A DNA stretch of 34,812 nucleotides from Candidatus Enterousia sp. (GTDB lineage Bacteria; Pseudomonadota; Alphaproteobacteria; Rs-D84). Shown in pieces: positions 16,276-26,837 of the stretch. A model generated the notes under the pieces. The model saw only the letters and a program-made list of their open reading frames with translations, was not told the DNA's origin and did no database searches. Both the position numbers and the translations under genes were made by a program. The stretch is from positions 1-34,812 of the forward strand of contig JAZLDK010000023.1 of assembly GCA_045614725.1 (NCBI GenBank), given 5' to 3'. How positions within the stretch are numbered: the stretch's first letter is position 1; each line of letters begins with the position of its first letter.

Positions 16276-17433
16276 TTATTTCTTCCATTTGTCTTCACGA
16301 ATTAGTGCCAGCAACATACCAAACAACAGGCAATACGCCAACAAAGAACTGCCCCCATAGGATATAAACGGCAAAGTCATTCCCTTGGGTGCAAACAGTT
16401 TTAATGTGGACAACATGTTGATACAAACCTGGGTACCAAACAGGGCCGCCGTGCCACCCGCCGCATATGTCAAAAATAAATCACGGGAATTTAATGCAAT
16501 CTTAATCAGTCTGCGGAATACATAAAACAGCAGTACCAACAACCCGCAGGCCATAATCGCACCTAAATCTTCGGCAATTGCAGCAAATATAAAGTCCGTG
16601 TGCGCATCGGGCAGATACTGTTTTACAAACGCATCATCACCCGACCCCAACAGTCCGCCATGTCGTATCGAATCAACAGAATTATCAACCTGATATGTGT
16701 CACCGGTGCCGGTGATAAAAGATATTATTCGGCGCTGAACATGCCCCAGTGTAAAGAACGCAACAACACCCATCATAAGCGCACCAATACCAATCACCGG
16801 AATTACAGACCATGGCAATCCAGCAATGAATATCATTGCAGAAAATACCGCTAGATATAAAATCGAGGTCCCAAAGTCCGGATGATTAAAGATGATTGCA
16901 ATAACCGTAAGAAATGCCAGCAAATACCAAACCCAACTGAACAACCGGTCAAAGCGCCACGCTTCGCGATTAAAGAAAATATTGTCACCGTATCGGTTCT
17001 TCATCTGGGCCAAGAACCACGCCGTCATAATTACAAAACCGGGCTTCATTATGTCCGATGGCATAATATTAAAAAAACCAAACGACACAAATCGGGCAGA
17101 GTTCTTAATCATATATGGCGCAACCACCGTCACAGGCAACAAAGCCAATCCCACCGCCAGATTCAGCGCTGCCAAAAATATCACCTGTTTTTTGGTTAAA
17201 AAACTGCCGCCAAATAAAAAGATAAACCCAAGAATATAAAACGGTATTGCCTTGACCAGAAAGAAATGCCATGGCTGGCCAATTCTTTCGGCCGCAACAG
17301 ACCCCGCCGACAGCGCAAACAGCATGCCGATAAAAATCATCAGCAACACGCACCCCAATAAACGGCGGTCTATTTCAAAATACCAACTGGTTAATTTACT
17401 TTCTTCTGTGCGCGCAATATTAAACATAGTCAC
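16276..17433 (-). CDS. ftsW: SEDS peptidoglycan polymerase FtsW
   Basis: Polytopic; PDFGT, LPDAHTDFIFA, PKGMTLPFISYGGSS; lies between mraY and murG (GTG 17433 or ATG 17427). Confidence 0.93.
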   Translation of the reverse strand: MTMFNIARTEESKLTSWYFEIDRRLLGCVLLMIFIGMLFALSAGSVAAERIGQPWHFFLVKAIPFYILGFIFLFGGSFLTKKQVIFLAALNLAVGLALLPVTVVAPYMIKNSARFVSFGFFNIMPSDIMKPGFVIMTAWFLAQMKNRYGDNIFFNREAWRFDRLFSWVWYLLAFLTVIAIIFNHPDFGTSILYLAVFSAMIFIAGLPWSVIPVIGIGALMMGVVAFFTLGHVQRRIISFITGTGDTYQVDNSVDSIRHGGLLGSGDDAFVKQYLPDAHTDFIFAAIAEDLGAIMACGLLVLLFYVFRRLIKIALNSRDLFLTYAAGGTAALFGTQVCINMLSTLKLFAPKGMTLPFISYGGSSLLAYCLLFGMLLALIREDKWKK

Positions 17434-17439
17434 CGTACT

Positions 17440-18528
17440 TTATGCAAATTTTAACAATACCAATGCCAATCCTGAAAACAATATCGATACGATAAAGAAT
17501 CTTTCCACGATTTTTGTTTCTGCCCATCCCAGTTCTTCAAAGTGATGATGCAGTGGCGCACGCAGGAATACACGCTTGCCCGTGCCCGTAATTTTACGGG
17601 TAAATTTGAAGTACATAGTCTGGATAAAGGATGACAACAAAATAAGAACCATCATGCCGGCGGCGACACCCATGATTATTTCCGCCTTTAACAACATGGC
17701 GACCGTTCCCATAAATCCGCCCAGTGCCAGCGACCCAACATCACCCATAAATATTGATGCAGGCTTCGCATTGTACCACAAGAATCCCAACACCGCACCA
17801 AACGCGCCACCCAATACGGCGTACAAACCACTGGCCGTGGGCAGGAACATTACCGTATCCATAAATCCAATTCGGGTTGCACCATACAACGCAACGACCA
17901 ACACCACCAGCACAGGCAGGTATAATTTCGACAGCATGCCATCCAACCCATCGGTGATATTGGTGGCATTCGCACTGCCACAAATTACAAAGTATGCAAA
18001 CACATAGTACAACAGACCCAACGGCAGAATTATACCCGAACCAATCGCCAAAGAATTTTCCGCGATATATGGTGGCATGGTCTGGTTAATCAGGTACGCC
18101 AATATCACGACAAAAATTCCTTCGACAACCAAACGCGTTAATGGTGACAAACCATTTGATGCCTTTTTAGACTGAGAAGTCACCTTTTTATAATCATCAA
18201 CAAAGCCCAACGCGCCGAACATAACCAGTGCCGCAATCGCAATCCAACCCGTCGGATTTGACAGCGGCATGAACAGAACACTGGCAACCGTAATAGCCAA
18301 AACAATCAAGATTCCGCCCATAGTTGGGGTGCCGGCCTTTTTACGATGCGCTTCGGGGACATTTTCACTGATTGGCTGGCCCTTTTTTTGCAGGTTGCGC
18401 ATCGCGCGCACAAACGGTCGTCCAAACATCAGCACCATCATAAACGCCACAAAAAACGCACCCGCGAATTGGGTCCAACCACTGGCAAAAAACGAATAAC
18501 CATTAGCAAAAAAATAATCTGTCAGCAT
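17440..18528 (-). CDS. mraY: Phospho-N-acetylmuramoyl-pentapeptide transferase
   Basis: KAGTPTMGG, DDYKK, NITDGLDG, FMGDVGSLALG, APLHHHFE. Confidence 0.97.
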   Translation of the reverse strand: MLTDYFFANGYSFFASGWTQFAGAFFVAFMMVLMFGRPFVRAMRNLQKKGQPISENVPEAHRKKAGTPTMGGILIVLAITVASVLFMPLSNPTGWIAIAALVMFGALGFVDDYKKVTSQSKKASNGLSPLTRLVVEGIFVVILAYLINQTMPPYIAENSLAIGSGIILPLGLLYYVFAYFVICGSANATNITDGLDGMLSKLYLPVLVVLVVALYGATRIGFMDTVMFLPTASGLYAVLGGAFGAVLGFLWYNAKPASIFMGDVGSLALGGFMGTVAMLLKAEIIMGVAAGMMVLILLSSFIQTMYFKFTRKITGTGKRVFLRAPLHHHFEELGWAETKIVERFFIVSILFSGLALVLLKFA

Positions 18529-18602
18529 AAAAAATCCTTTCTTTATGCTGACATTCTATCACAATAAAATGTGAAAATAAATCCCAATTAATAAATATTA
18601 CC

Positions 18603-20642
18603 CTAGAATATTCCACCAACAACCGGTGCGGTGGATGTGGCCGCCTTTTTAGGGGCCGCGTTGGGGGTTTGGCCGGGTTTGAAAACCTCGGTAATAATAG
18701 TACCGGTGGGGTCGGCGGATGCGGCCGCGCCACTGCGACGATTCACCCGCATAAATGTCATGCCATCGGGGACCGAAAACGGCTGATTTTTATCATTTTG
18801 CAATGCCACGCGCATAAAGTCCGCAAACACACGCGCCGCCATGTGCGAACCCGCACCCTTGCCCAATGATTTAGGCGTGTCAAATCCCAAATACACACCC
18901 GCAATCAGGTTTTTGGAAAATCCGACAAACCATACATCCTTGACATCGTTTGTGGTGCCGGTTTTACCTGCGATTGTGTGACCGGAAACACGGGCCTGTT
19001 TACCGGTACCGCGTTCAACCGCGCCCTGTAAAATAGATACCATCTGGTACAAACTTTGTGGGTCGGACAGTGGTTCGGAATCAACGCGCGTTTCGGGGGG
19101 CAACAAATCATCGGACCATTCAATCATTTCCGTTGGTGCGCCACCAATCACACGGCCGTATCTGTCTTCGATATAGTCAACCAATTTAGGCTGAATCGCG
19201 CGACCGCCGTTTACAAATGCAGAATACCCCAAAACCAGTTTTTCAAGTGTCGTTTCGCCCGTCCCCAAGGCCAAAGACAAATTTATATCCTTTAATTCAG
19301 ACGGATAGACACCGAAACGCTGGGCAACCTCAATCGCGTTTTCAGTTCCGATTTGTTCAACCAAGCGCACGGTTGTCACATTACGCGATGTTTCCAGCGA
19401 CAGGCGCAAAGGCACATCGCCCAAGAATTTTTTGTCGTAATTTTCAGGCTTCCACAAAGTGTCATCGGCGCGCCATCCAACAATCGGCGCATCCAGCAAC
19501 ATTGTTTGCGGACTGAACCCGCGTTCCAACGCCGCCAAATACACGAATGGCTTAATGGTGGAACCGACCTGACGATAGGCCTGGGTTGCACGGTTAAAGG
19601 AACTTTCCGAAAAATCACGACCGCCGGCCATTGCGACAATTCGACCGGTATGCGGATTCATGGCGATAATTGCGCCCTGTAATTTTTCGGGGCGCCCCTC
19701 GTTATATCGGTCCAGTTCTTTGTTAAGGGCGGCACTGGCGGCGCGCTGTAATTCCGGCACAATCGTTGTTTTGATATAAAGCCCCTGGTTGTACAAAGTT
19801 TCGCGCCCAAGCGATGCCAGCAATTGACGGCGAACATCTTCGGCAAAGTATTGGAAATCAGGTTCCATTTGTGCGGTAAACCCGCTGTTGATATTAAGTT
19901 CTTCGGCCGCGGCGGCGGTGGCTTCGTCCTGGGTTATGAAACCTTCTTGGACCATGCGACGCAGGACGTAATTGCGACGCTCGACCGCGCGGCTGCGATT
20001 ATTTGGTGCCTTGGGCAGTGATGCCAGAAACGCACACTGGGCCAATGACAATTCCGATACCGGTTTATTAAAATACATTAATGCGGCGGAGCCCACACCA
20101 TACGCGCGCGCGCCTAGAAAAATCTGATTCAGGTAAAGGGTCATGATATGCTGCTTGGAAAAAGCGCGTTCCAGTCGCAGTGCCAATATGGCCTCTTTAA
20201 TTTTGCGTGATATCGTGCGTTCGGATGTTAAAAAGAAATTTTTTGCAACCTGTTGTGTGATTGTTGATGCGCCCGAAAAGTCCGCATTGCGCCCCATCAT
20301 TCGCATTGCATTGTTTACAACCGCACGAACAATACCCTGAACATCGATTCCGGGGTGGGTCCAGAAATTCTGATCCTCGGCCGCGATAAAAGCATTGATT
20401 AATTGCGGTGGCATATCGTTAAAATCGATGAAGACACGACGCTCTTCGGCGTATTCAATCAAGAGCGAACCATCGGATGCATAAAGGCGCGTTGCAACCG
20501 GTGGCGCATAGGTTGCCAAGTGCCTGTAATCCGGCAGGTCATTTCCATAAATCAGCACCAGTGCCGCCAACGCCGCCACACCCGCCGTAAAGCACCAGAA
20601 TATAGTATTCAGACAAAAACGCGCAATTTTTTTGAATTTCAT
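18603..20642 (-). CDS. mrcA: Penicillin-binding protein 1A
   Basis: GT51 motifs EDQNF, GASTITQQVAKN, RKIKE; transpeptidase motifs STIK, SRN, KTG. Start at ATG 20642. Confidence 0.93.
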   Translation of the reverse strand: MKFKKIARFCLNTIFWCFTAGVAALAALVLIYGNDLPDYRHLATYAPPVATRLYASDGSLLIEYAEERRVFIDFNDMPPQLINAFIAAEDQNFWTHPGIDVQGIVRAVVNNAMRMMGRNADFSGASTITQQVAKNFFLTSERTISRKIKEAILALRLERAFSKQHIMTLYLNQIFLGARAYGVGSAALMYFNKPVSELSLAQCAFLASLPKAPNNRSRAVERRNYVLRRMVQEGFITQDEATAAAAEELNINSGFTAQMEPDFQYFAEDVRRQLLASLGRETLYNQGLYIKTTIVPELQRAASAALNKELDRYNEGRPEKLQGAIIAMNPHTGRIVAMAGGRDFSESSFNRATQAYRQVGSTIKPFVYLAALERGFSPQTMLLDAPIVGWRADDTLWKPENYDKKFLGDVPLRLSLETSRNVTTVRLVEQIGTENAIEVAQRFGVYPSELKDINLSLALGTGETTLEKLVLGYSAFVNGGRAIQPKLVDYIEDRYGRVIGGAPTEMIEWSDDLLPPETRVDSEPLSDPQSLYQMVSILQGAVERGTGKQARVSGHTIAGKTGTTNDVKDVWFVGFSKNLIAGVYLGFDTPKSLGKGAGSHMAARVFADFMRVALQNDKNQPFSVPDGMTFMRVNRRSGAAASADPTGTIITEVFKPGQTPNAAPKKAATSTAPVVGGIF

Positions 20643-20698
20643 AATACTGTAAATGATAGGACACTTTTTATCTGTTTGCAAATAATATGTTTAATAAT

Positions 20699-20722
20699 AA
20701 CACGCCCAGTTGGGCGTTTTTT
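20699..20722 (-). terminator. Putative intrinsic terminator
   Basis: ACGCCCA-g-t-TGGGCGT stem immediately after the stop of the 714-aa gene. Confidence 0.5.
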
Positions 20723-22865
20723 ATTCTTCCCCTTCTTCTGGGGGGGTGTCGGAGGGCGTGGGCTCAGGACAGCTGCCATCTGAGTTGAATTTGCCGTTCT
20801 CACATTCAACGCGGCAACTGCTGCCCCAGACTTTATAGCCGGCATTACAACGACATAATGAATTAACCCATTGCTCATTGTTGCCTGTTTTTTCACTGCC
20901 AAAAGTCTGACCTGTGGTATTTTTACCGTACTTGTAATATGTTGAATATTCAGGGCACAGCAATGATTGATAGAATATTTCAGATATCGCATCGATATAT
21001 GCGCCGGCATCGCATGATGTGGGGGTGGAGCCCTCAGTTGTGCCACATACCGATGCCGCATCGCCATCAAATACCGCATACGCACAGGTTAACGCAACAT
21101 TGCGGCATGCGCCACGCATTACACTGCTGATATTTTTAACACTGGCGGCCGATGTCCACGAATTAATCTGGGCATATTGCTGATTATAACATGCGGCAAT
21201 ATCGCTGATACATTCGGATGCGTATTCGGAAATAATCTTGTGCTGGGCGGCCTTGATATTAACCATGGCACGCTGAACATATGTCAAAACGACATCGTTA
21301 TATGGTTCATACTTGTCATCCTTGTATGTATAACGCTGACACTTGTCCAAAACGGCACGACATAGCCCTTCGTCTGCAACCTCGTCCTTGGTGCCGATTT
21401 TTTGCAGCAGGTATTTTACATTGTATGCGCCATTACCACTGACATCACCCGTGGTGGATATGTTTCCATTATATGCGGTGTCTAAAAATTCAGTGTCTAT
21501 ATCTGAATTGTTATACGCGGTCATAAAGTCGGTGATTTGGGTGATATCCTGACCAAGTACAACCTCGCCATTTTCGTCGATATACTTTTTGGTTGGGTCC
21601 AAACATTTGTAATAATCAGAACCACAAACCATGTCATCGGTCATACAGGTTTCAAGTGCAGCAACACAGCCCTTGGCATCGTATTGATTTTTATTTTCAA
21701 GCACCGCCAGACGCGCCTTTTGCAACATTAATCCAGCACTGCGAACATTAGACTTTAACGCATCGTTCATTTTTACCAGTCCCTGTTCGTATGCGATACA
21801 ATCCTTGTCAATGGCCAGATCATAATTACCGGTAATCTGTTGTGATGTGGCACCGGCATCCTTGCAACTGGTTAAAATTGTGTTGCAACGCTTTTTCGCG
21901 GCATTATACAAATCCGCACCACGAAGGTTGGAAAAACTGGACGAAGTGTCGGTATTCAAAAAATCCAAACTGAACATATCGGCGGAATCAGATGAAAAAT
22001 TCAAATCAATATCCATGCCCGAATATGTGTCCGCGTTATACGATGCCGCCGTTGTCGGGTCCTTAATCATTTCTTCGATTTTTTCCAACATGTTGCGCGT
22101 TTCGGATGTGTCACGCGAACCGCTAAGTTCGGCTTCGGCCTCGGTCTCGTTCATAATGGCACGAATTTCATCCGCGGACAAACCAACATAACGAATACGC
22201 TGGGCAACATCGTTTAATTGTGTGTTGGCATCTTTAACCGCATCTTCTACTTTCTTGTATCTTGAAATATTTGCTGAACAGGAACATCTTTTCTGGTTCG
22301 CATCAATCACGGCACAAAACTGGTCCATACATTCATTATATTGCTGCTGACAAGTTTTATTTAATTCGGCGGTTTGTTCCAGACGCTCTTTGGCCTGGGC
22401 AATTGATTCACGATTTGTTTCGGTCGCGGCACGCGAACGAACAGTGCGTATTTCTTCATCAATATTTGAACCAGTCTGTTTATCGGTCCCAGATATTGTG
22501 GCACGGCCGCCAACCTCGGCCGTAGAGGGGCGCAAAACAATCCCCGCACGACGAAGGGCCGGATTATTATTTATACTGGCCGCGGAAACACGCGAATTGC
22601 GACCAACGGTATTTACCGCCGCATCCAGCGCAGCACGCGAAGATTTTGTCCCCGTACGCGATGCAGTTGTGCGCGATGCAGTTGATTGTGTTTTGGTTTC
22701 CACCGCACGCGATATTGTACGCGATGCCGCACGATTGCGGACACTGGTTGTGTTCGTTGCAACCCCATCCATTGTTGGAACCGCACGAGATACAGCGCCC
22801 GTCGCAGCAAATGCCGCGGGCGCAACCAAACACATTACCCAAAAACAAGTTAAAAAGTTCCTCAT
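20721..22865 (-). CDS. Large secreted cysteine-rich hypothetical protein
   Basis: Signal peptide, R/A/S/T-rich N-terminal tract, CQQQYNECMDQFC...RCSCS, many paired Cys, EGF-like C-terminus. Confidence 0.85.
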   Translation of the reverse strand: MRNFLTCFWVMCLVAPAAFAATGAVSRAVPTMDGVATNTTSVRNRAASRTISRAVETKTQSTASRTTASRTGTKSSRAALDAAVNTVGRNSRVSAASINNNPALRRAGIVLRPSTAEVGGRATISGTDKQTGSNIDEEIRTVRSRAATETNRESIAQAKERLEQTAELNKTCQQQYNECMDQFCAVIDANQKRCSCSANISRYKKVEDAVKDANTQLNDVAQRIRYVGLSADEIRAIMNETEAEAELSGSRDTSETRNMLEKIEEMIKDPTTAASYNADTYSGMDIDLNFSSDSADMFSLDFLNTDTSSSFSNLRGADLYNAAKKRCNTILTSCKDAGATSQQITGNYDLAIDKDCIAYEQGLVKMNDALKSNVRSAGLMLQKARLAVLENKNQYDAKGCVAALETCMTDDMVCGSDYYKCLDPTKKYIDENGEVVLGQDITQITDFMTAYNNSDIDTEFLDTAYNGNISTTGDVSGNGAYNVKYLLQKIGTKDEVADEGLCRAVLDKCQRYTYKDDKYEPYNDVVLTYVQRAMVNIKAAQHKIISEYASECISDIAACYNQQYAQINSWTSAASVKNISSVMRGACRNVALTCAYAVFDGDAASVCGTTEGSTPTSCDAGAYIDAISEIFYQSLLCPEYSTYYKYGKNTTGQTFGSEKTGNNEQWVNSLCRCNAGYKVWGSSCRVECENGKFNSDGSCPEPTPSDTPPEEGEE

Positions 22866-22909
22866 ACCTTTCAGTAATTATAACACAAAAAATATACTGG
22901 GAAAAGTGT

Positions 22910-24184
22910 TTATTTTTTCTTGAACAGGCCACGAACCTTTTTGAAGGATACGGTCGCAAACTCTTGGACATAGCCGCGCGTTTTTTCACCCAGACTTGCA
23001 TCAATTTCACCGCCAATTTTCTTGGATATTTCTTCGGCTTTGGTTGCCAAATACCATACCAAGGCGCCGGTCAGCACCGTTCCTATAAAGCCCGCATTAT
23101 CCAGGGATGGGATGTGCGAAGCACTGTTCGAACCGATAACGCCCGATAACATCGCGCCACAAAATGCGATAACTATTGAAAACACAACAAAGAATACCGC
23201 CGCGTTGATAAAACGCCCCAACTGTTTCTGTAATGATTCAGCACTAAATAACTTTACAAAACCGTTATAAACCTCGCCATAAATGCCTTTGTACGATGTC
23301 TTGCCCGTGGTTTCTGCAATGGCGGTGAATGGCAACATCATAACACCAAGGAATAAATCTGCGATTACCCCCAGGGATATGAACGCATATTTCCAAGCCA
23401 GACATACAAAACCAATCACAAAGCCCAGCCCCGCCAAAAAACCAAAAACATTGCCACCGATGCCACCACTCATCCACTTGAACCCAACACCAATCGCGGT
23501 ATAACAAAAACCACTAATCGTTGCAGGGATACATAAAATCGCAGAAACAGTATCACGGGTCATAATATTTTCGGCCGCAATGTTATGAGCGACATAGTTT
23601 TTTATCGCGCCACATGTGTTCGGCATCGAAGTGCCAACAATTGATGTAATGGAATTATATATTACATTTGCCAGATATGTAGCAAAATCAATAATTGGCG
23701 ACACAATCATCATGAACAAATCACGCAACCCAACATTCAGAACAACAACCCATATTGTGACCAGAATGCCCTTTTTGACAATTTCTTCGACTTGTTTTTT
23801 TGTGTCGGCCTGACCCTGGATAAGACGATAAGATTCCAACCCCGCCCAAAATATATACATTACCGTTATAAAGATTATAACAAAATGCCCCAAAGAATCA
23901 TCCAAAACCCTGGCGACATAAGACATGGCATTCATGAACGCCAAACCTATCTTGGATTCAATCGGAACGGTACCAGGGGCACTTGAAAATCCAGATGTAA
24001 AAGTATCCAGTTCGGCCCTGGTATTCTGGATAAGATGCTGGCGATTTGTTTCAGTTGTCCACATACCATAATCGCCAACACCCTGCATTCCCAAATCTAT
24101 GGCAGAATACGCCGGTGACATTACACCAGACAAAGTTATGCCAAGAAACAGTATCGATAAAAATCTATATATACGCTTTATCAT
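22910..24184 (-). CDS. Polytopic membrane protein, TrbL/VirB6-like paralogue
   Basis: N-terminal hydrophobic helices, central loop with a Cys pair, C-terminal TM bundle with DLFLGVMMLPF. Confidence 0.65.
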   Translation of the reverse strand: MIKRIYRFLSILFLGITLSGVMSPAYSAIDLGMQGVGDYGMWTTETNRQHLIQNTRAELDTFTSGFSSAPGTVPIESKIGLAFMNAMSYVARVLDDSLGHFVIIFITVMYIFWAGLESYRLIQGQADTKKQVEEIVKKGILVTIWVVVLNVGLRDLFMMIVSPIIDFATYLANVIYNSITSIVGTSMPNTCGAIKNYVAHNIAAENIMTRDTVSAILCIPATISGFCYTAIGVGFKWMSGGIGGNVFGFLAGLGFVIGFVCLAWKYAFISLGVIADLFLGVMMLPFTAIAETTGKTSYKGIYGEVYNGFVKLFSAESLQKQLGRFINAAVFFVVFSIVIAFCGAMLSGVIGSNSASHIPSLDNAGFIGTVLTGALVWYLATKAEEISKKIGGEIDASLGEKTRGYVQEFATVSFKKVRGLFKKK

Positions 24185-24186
24185 TT

Positions 24187-25617
24187 CTACATCGTTTTCC
24201 CAAATGCTTCTGTCACCTTTTTGACAACATTAAGTGGTCCATTCCATGCGACCCGACCAACATCCTTGACCCAGCCACCAAAATCAAAGCTTTCCTTGCC
24301 ATCGCCCGCCAATAACTTATCAACCTTGGGACGAACAACCAATAAGTACAGGATAAACAATCCCAACATCATTAACAAAAATTCCGAACCATTTTCCAAG
24401 AATCTAAATGCGCTTGGGTTGCGAGATTTAGCCGCATTAAAGCAGGACAAGAACCGATCTTCGTCCACGGCGCCACCAGATGTCACCGACACACGTTCAC
24501 AATTTACAAACGTGTTGATTACAAATTGGGTGTTTGCATCAGAACGAGCCTGTTCCTTTTGAATTAACGGAGGCAACAAAGCCGTAAAACCATCGCGCGG
24601 GCCCGGGTAATAAGTATCGGCAACAAAATATACAGTTTCGTAAAGAATTATTGTTTTCAAGGCAATTCCCACTATCTTTACCGCAGACGATACAATCATA
24701 TTTATCGCACCACTGGTCAGACCACTGGCCATTTTCCAGGTACCTTCAAACGCAGCGGCCGCCAATAATATCGGCATAAATATAATCACAAATATTGTCT
24801 TGAATACAACGGATAATAGCTGAAAAAACAAATCAAAACCAATTACCATGAACATGATAACCAATGCAAGACCAGACAGCCATGTAAACAAACCCGCCCC
24901 CAGACCAAGCCACGCATAATTCATCATCGCAAAGCCGCCTGCCGCGCCCGCCAACATGACCGTATTAACATTACCAATAACACATGAAAATGGTTTTATA
25001 ACTGGCCCCAAAATATCGTTTTCATCACTCATGTCAATTGTTGGGCACTTGGCAGAACCCGATAAGCCACTGGCCGCAACAGACAATTCTGCCCCCAGAT
25101 ACATTACAGGCGTGATTGTTAATTTTGAAACCACTTTAAGTGCATCGGTTCCGCCGCCACTTATCACCCCCATAATCGCACCAACAATCAGAACGCGAAG
25201 TCCCTGTCGCCAGACCTTGTCAAACCATCCTTTGAATTCAAGTTTCTTTTCAGCACCATCCAATTTGGCCGTTTGTTTTGCGGCATCCAGCAAATATTGT
25301 ATCGTATAAATTATCAGAAAAACCCCAAACCCAAGCGCCAATAAAATCCACATAGAATCCAACAATTTGGTCCAAAACAGTTCTGTTGCATTACCCAAGG
25401 TTGAAAATAAATCAGCAACAAAACTGCACATAAAGCAACCATTCGCACTGGATATGTCGCCGTTGGTGACACCAATCGCACGCAAGAAATTATCGGTATT
25501 TGTATAGGTCAAAGCGGTACCACTTATCGACGAGGAAACAAACCATATCCCAGCACCAAGCAAAATGCCACCCATAAGGATACGCAAAAGAATCGAAATG
25601 ATTTTTAACTTGAACAT
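24187..25617 (-). CDS. Polytopic membrane protein, TrbL/VirB6-like paralogue
   Basis: GCFMC, central Cys pair, FVIIFMPILLAAAAF. Confidence 0.65.
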   Translation of the reverse strand: MFKLKIISILLRILMGGILLGAGIWFVSSSISGTALTYTNTDNFLRAIGVTNGDISSANGCFMCSFVADLFSTLGNATELFWTKLLDSMWILLALGFGVFLIIYTIQYLLDAAKQTAKLDGAEKKLEFKGWFDKVWRQGLRVLIVGAIMGVISGGGTDALKVVSKLTITPVMYLGAELSVAASGLSGSAKCPTIDMSDENDILGPVIKPFSCVIGNVNTVMLAGAAGGFAMMNYAWLGLGAGLFTWLSGLALVIMFMVIGFDLFFQLLSVVFKTIFVIIFMPILLAAAAFEGTWKMASGLTSGAINMIVSSAVKIVGIALKTIILYETVYFVADTYYPGPRDGFTALLPPLIQKEQARSDANTQFVINTFVNCERVSVTSGGAVDEDRFLSCFNAAKSRNPSAFRFLENGSEFLLMMLGLFILYLLVVRPKVDKLLAGDGKESFDFGGWVKDVGRVAWNGPLNVVKKVTEAFGKTM

Positions 25618-26837
25618 TACGACTTGTCCCCTTTGATTGCATTTATGACTTTACTGCCGGCGCTGGCCGTGGCATTGAAAATGTTTTTGGTCACGCCTTC
25701 TAGACCATTTGCCAAACCTTCACCAATCTTTGCATCATCTTTGACATTAAACGCATTCAGTATCATTGTTGTCACCTGACCAATTTGGTCATAAACCCAG
25801 TTCATAACAAACAATAAAACAATACAGTTTCCAAATGTCATGGCATATATGCTGTCCATGGAAAATTCCATCTTGAAAACATCCCCAGAGGTTATGGCCG
25901 CCATCAAGTCTTCTACCGAGACCGCATTCGAACTAAAGAACTTGGAAACCAATATAATTATTATCGTGTATGTAATGACGGTTGCAACCAACGAAATAAT
26001 CGCGTTTACTAGACTTTTAAACTGCTCTATGCCCAACGATTTGCCCAGCGCAGAAATCCATGCTGGCACACCTTCTAGGCCCTTGAACGGGGTTAAAATT
26101 AATGATATCGGAAAGAAAAACGCAAAAAATGTCATGGCAATAATAATGTCAACAAACTTGCAACAAAATCTGAAAAACAATTTGAAGAACTGCCATGTTA
26201 AGGCAATACCGATGAAAAATATAATTACATGCTTTAGAATATTGCCAAGCCCAAGCAAAAAACCATCGCTGGACTTTAATAAGGAATCCCACTCAAAAGA
26301 AGCATCAATAATAGCAACCCCAAGTTTTATGTATGATTGGAACTGAGAAACCGTCGTCATCATCATTAACAAGATAGTATCACGCAACTGGGGACGATAA
26401 AAACCATCGTCACGCATTTGCATGGGCGTATAACTGACACGTTGTTCGGTATGTTCGGATGTAGTTTTTAACATTCCTTCGGTATAACTTAGGGCAACTT
26501 GGGCAATTGGCTCGAAAGTGACGGTCGTGACAAAACGCGGCAAAGCCACACCAATATTCAACAAAGAAAGCGCAACCAATGCATTTATCACAACCTTTTG
26601 CACGGATTTTGTATACATCGGGTCCTTAACACCACCCTTGATATTCTGCCAGACTGTGCTTAACACATAAAAAGCCAACAAAACAGCAAACAATCCCGTG
26701 CATATAAACACCAATTTATCATAAACAACCGAAGCGGATTGGGACACAATTTGAAACAACCTGTCAAACAGACTGCACCCCCAGCACTGGATATGCTCGT
26801 TCACGGTCGTATCAACAAAATCGGTGATCCAACTCAT
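25617..26837 (-). CDS. Polytopic membrane protein, TrbL/VirB6-like paralogue
   Basis: QCWGC, LPRFV..FEP, FFFPISLILTPF. Confidence 0.65.
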   Translation of the reverse strand: MSWITDFVDTTVNEHIQCWGCSLFDRLFQIVSQSASVVYDKLVFICTGLFAVLLAFYVLSTVWQNIKGGVKDPMYTKSVQKVVINALVALSLLNIGVALPRFVTTVTFEPIAQVALSYTEGMLKTTSEHTEQRVSYTPMQMRDDGFYRPQLRDTILLMMMTTVSQFQSYIKLGVAIIDASFEWDSLLKSSDGFLLGLGNILKHVIIFFIGIALTWQFFKLFFRFCCKFVDIIIAMTFFAFFFPISLILTPFKGLEGVPAWISALGKSLGIEQFKSLVNAIISLVATVITYTIIIILVSKFFSSNAVSVEDLMAAITSGDVFKMEFSMDSIYAMTFGNCIVLLFVMNWVYDQIGQVTTMILNAFNVKDDAKIGEGLANGLEGVTKNIFNATASAGSKVINAIKGDKS

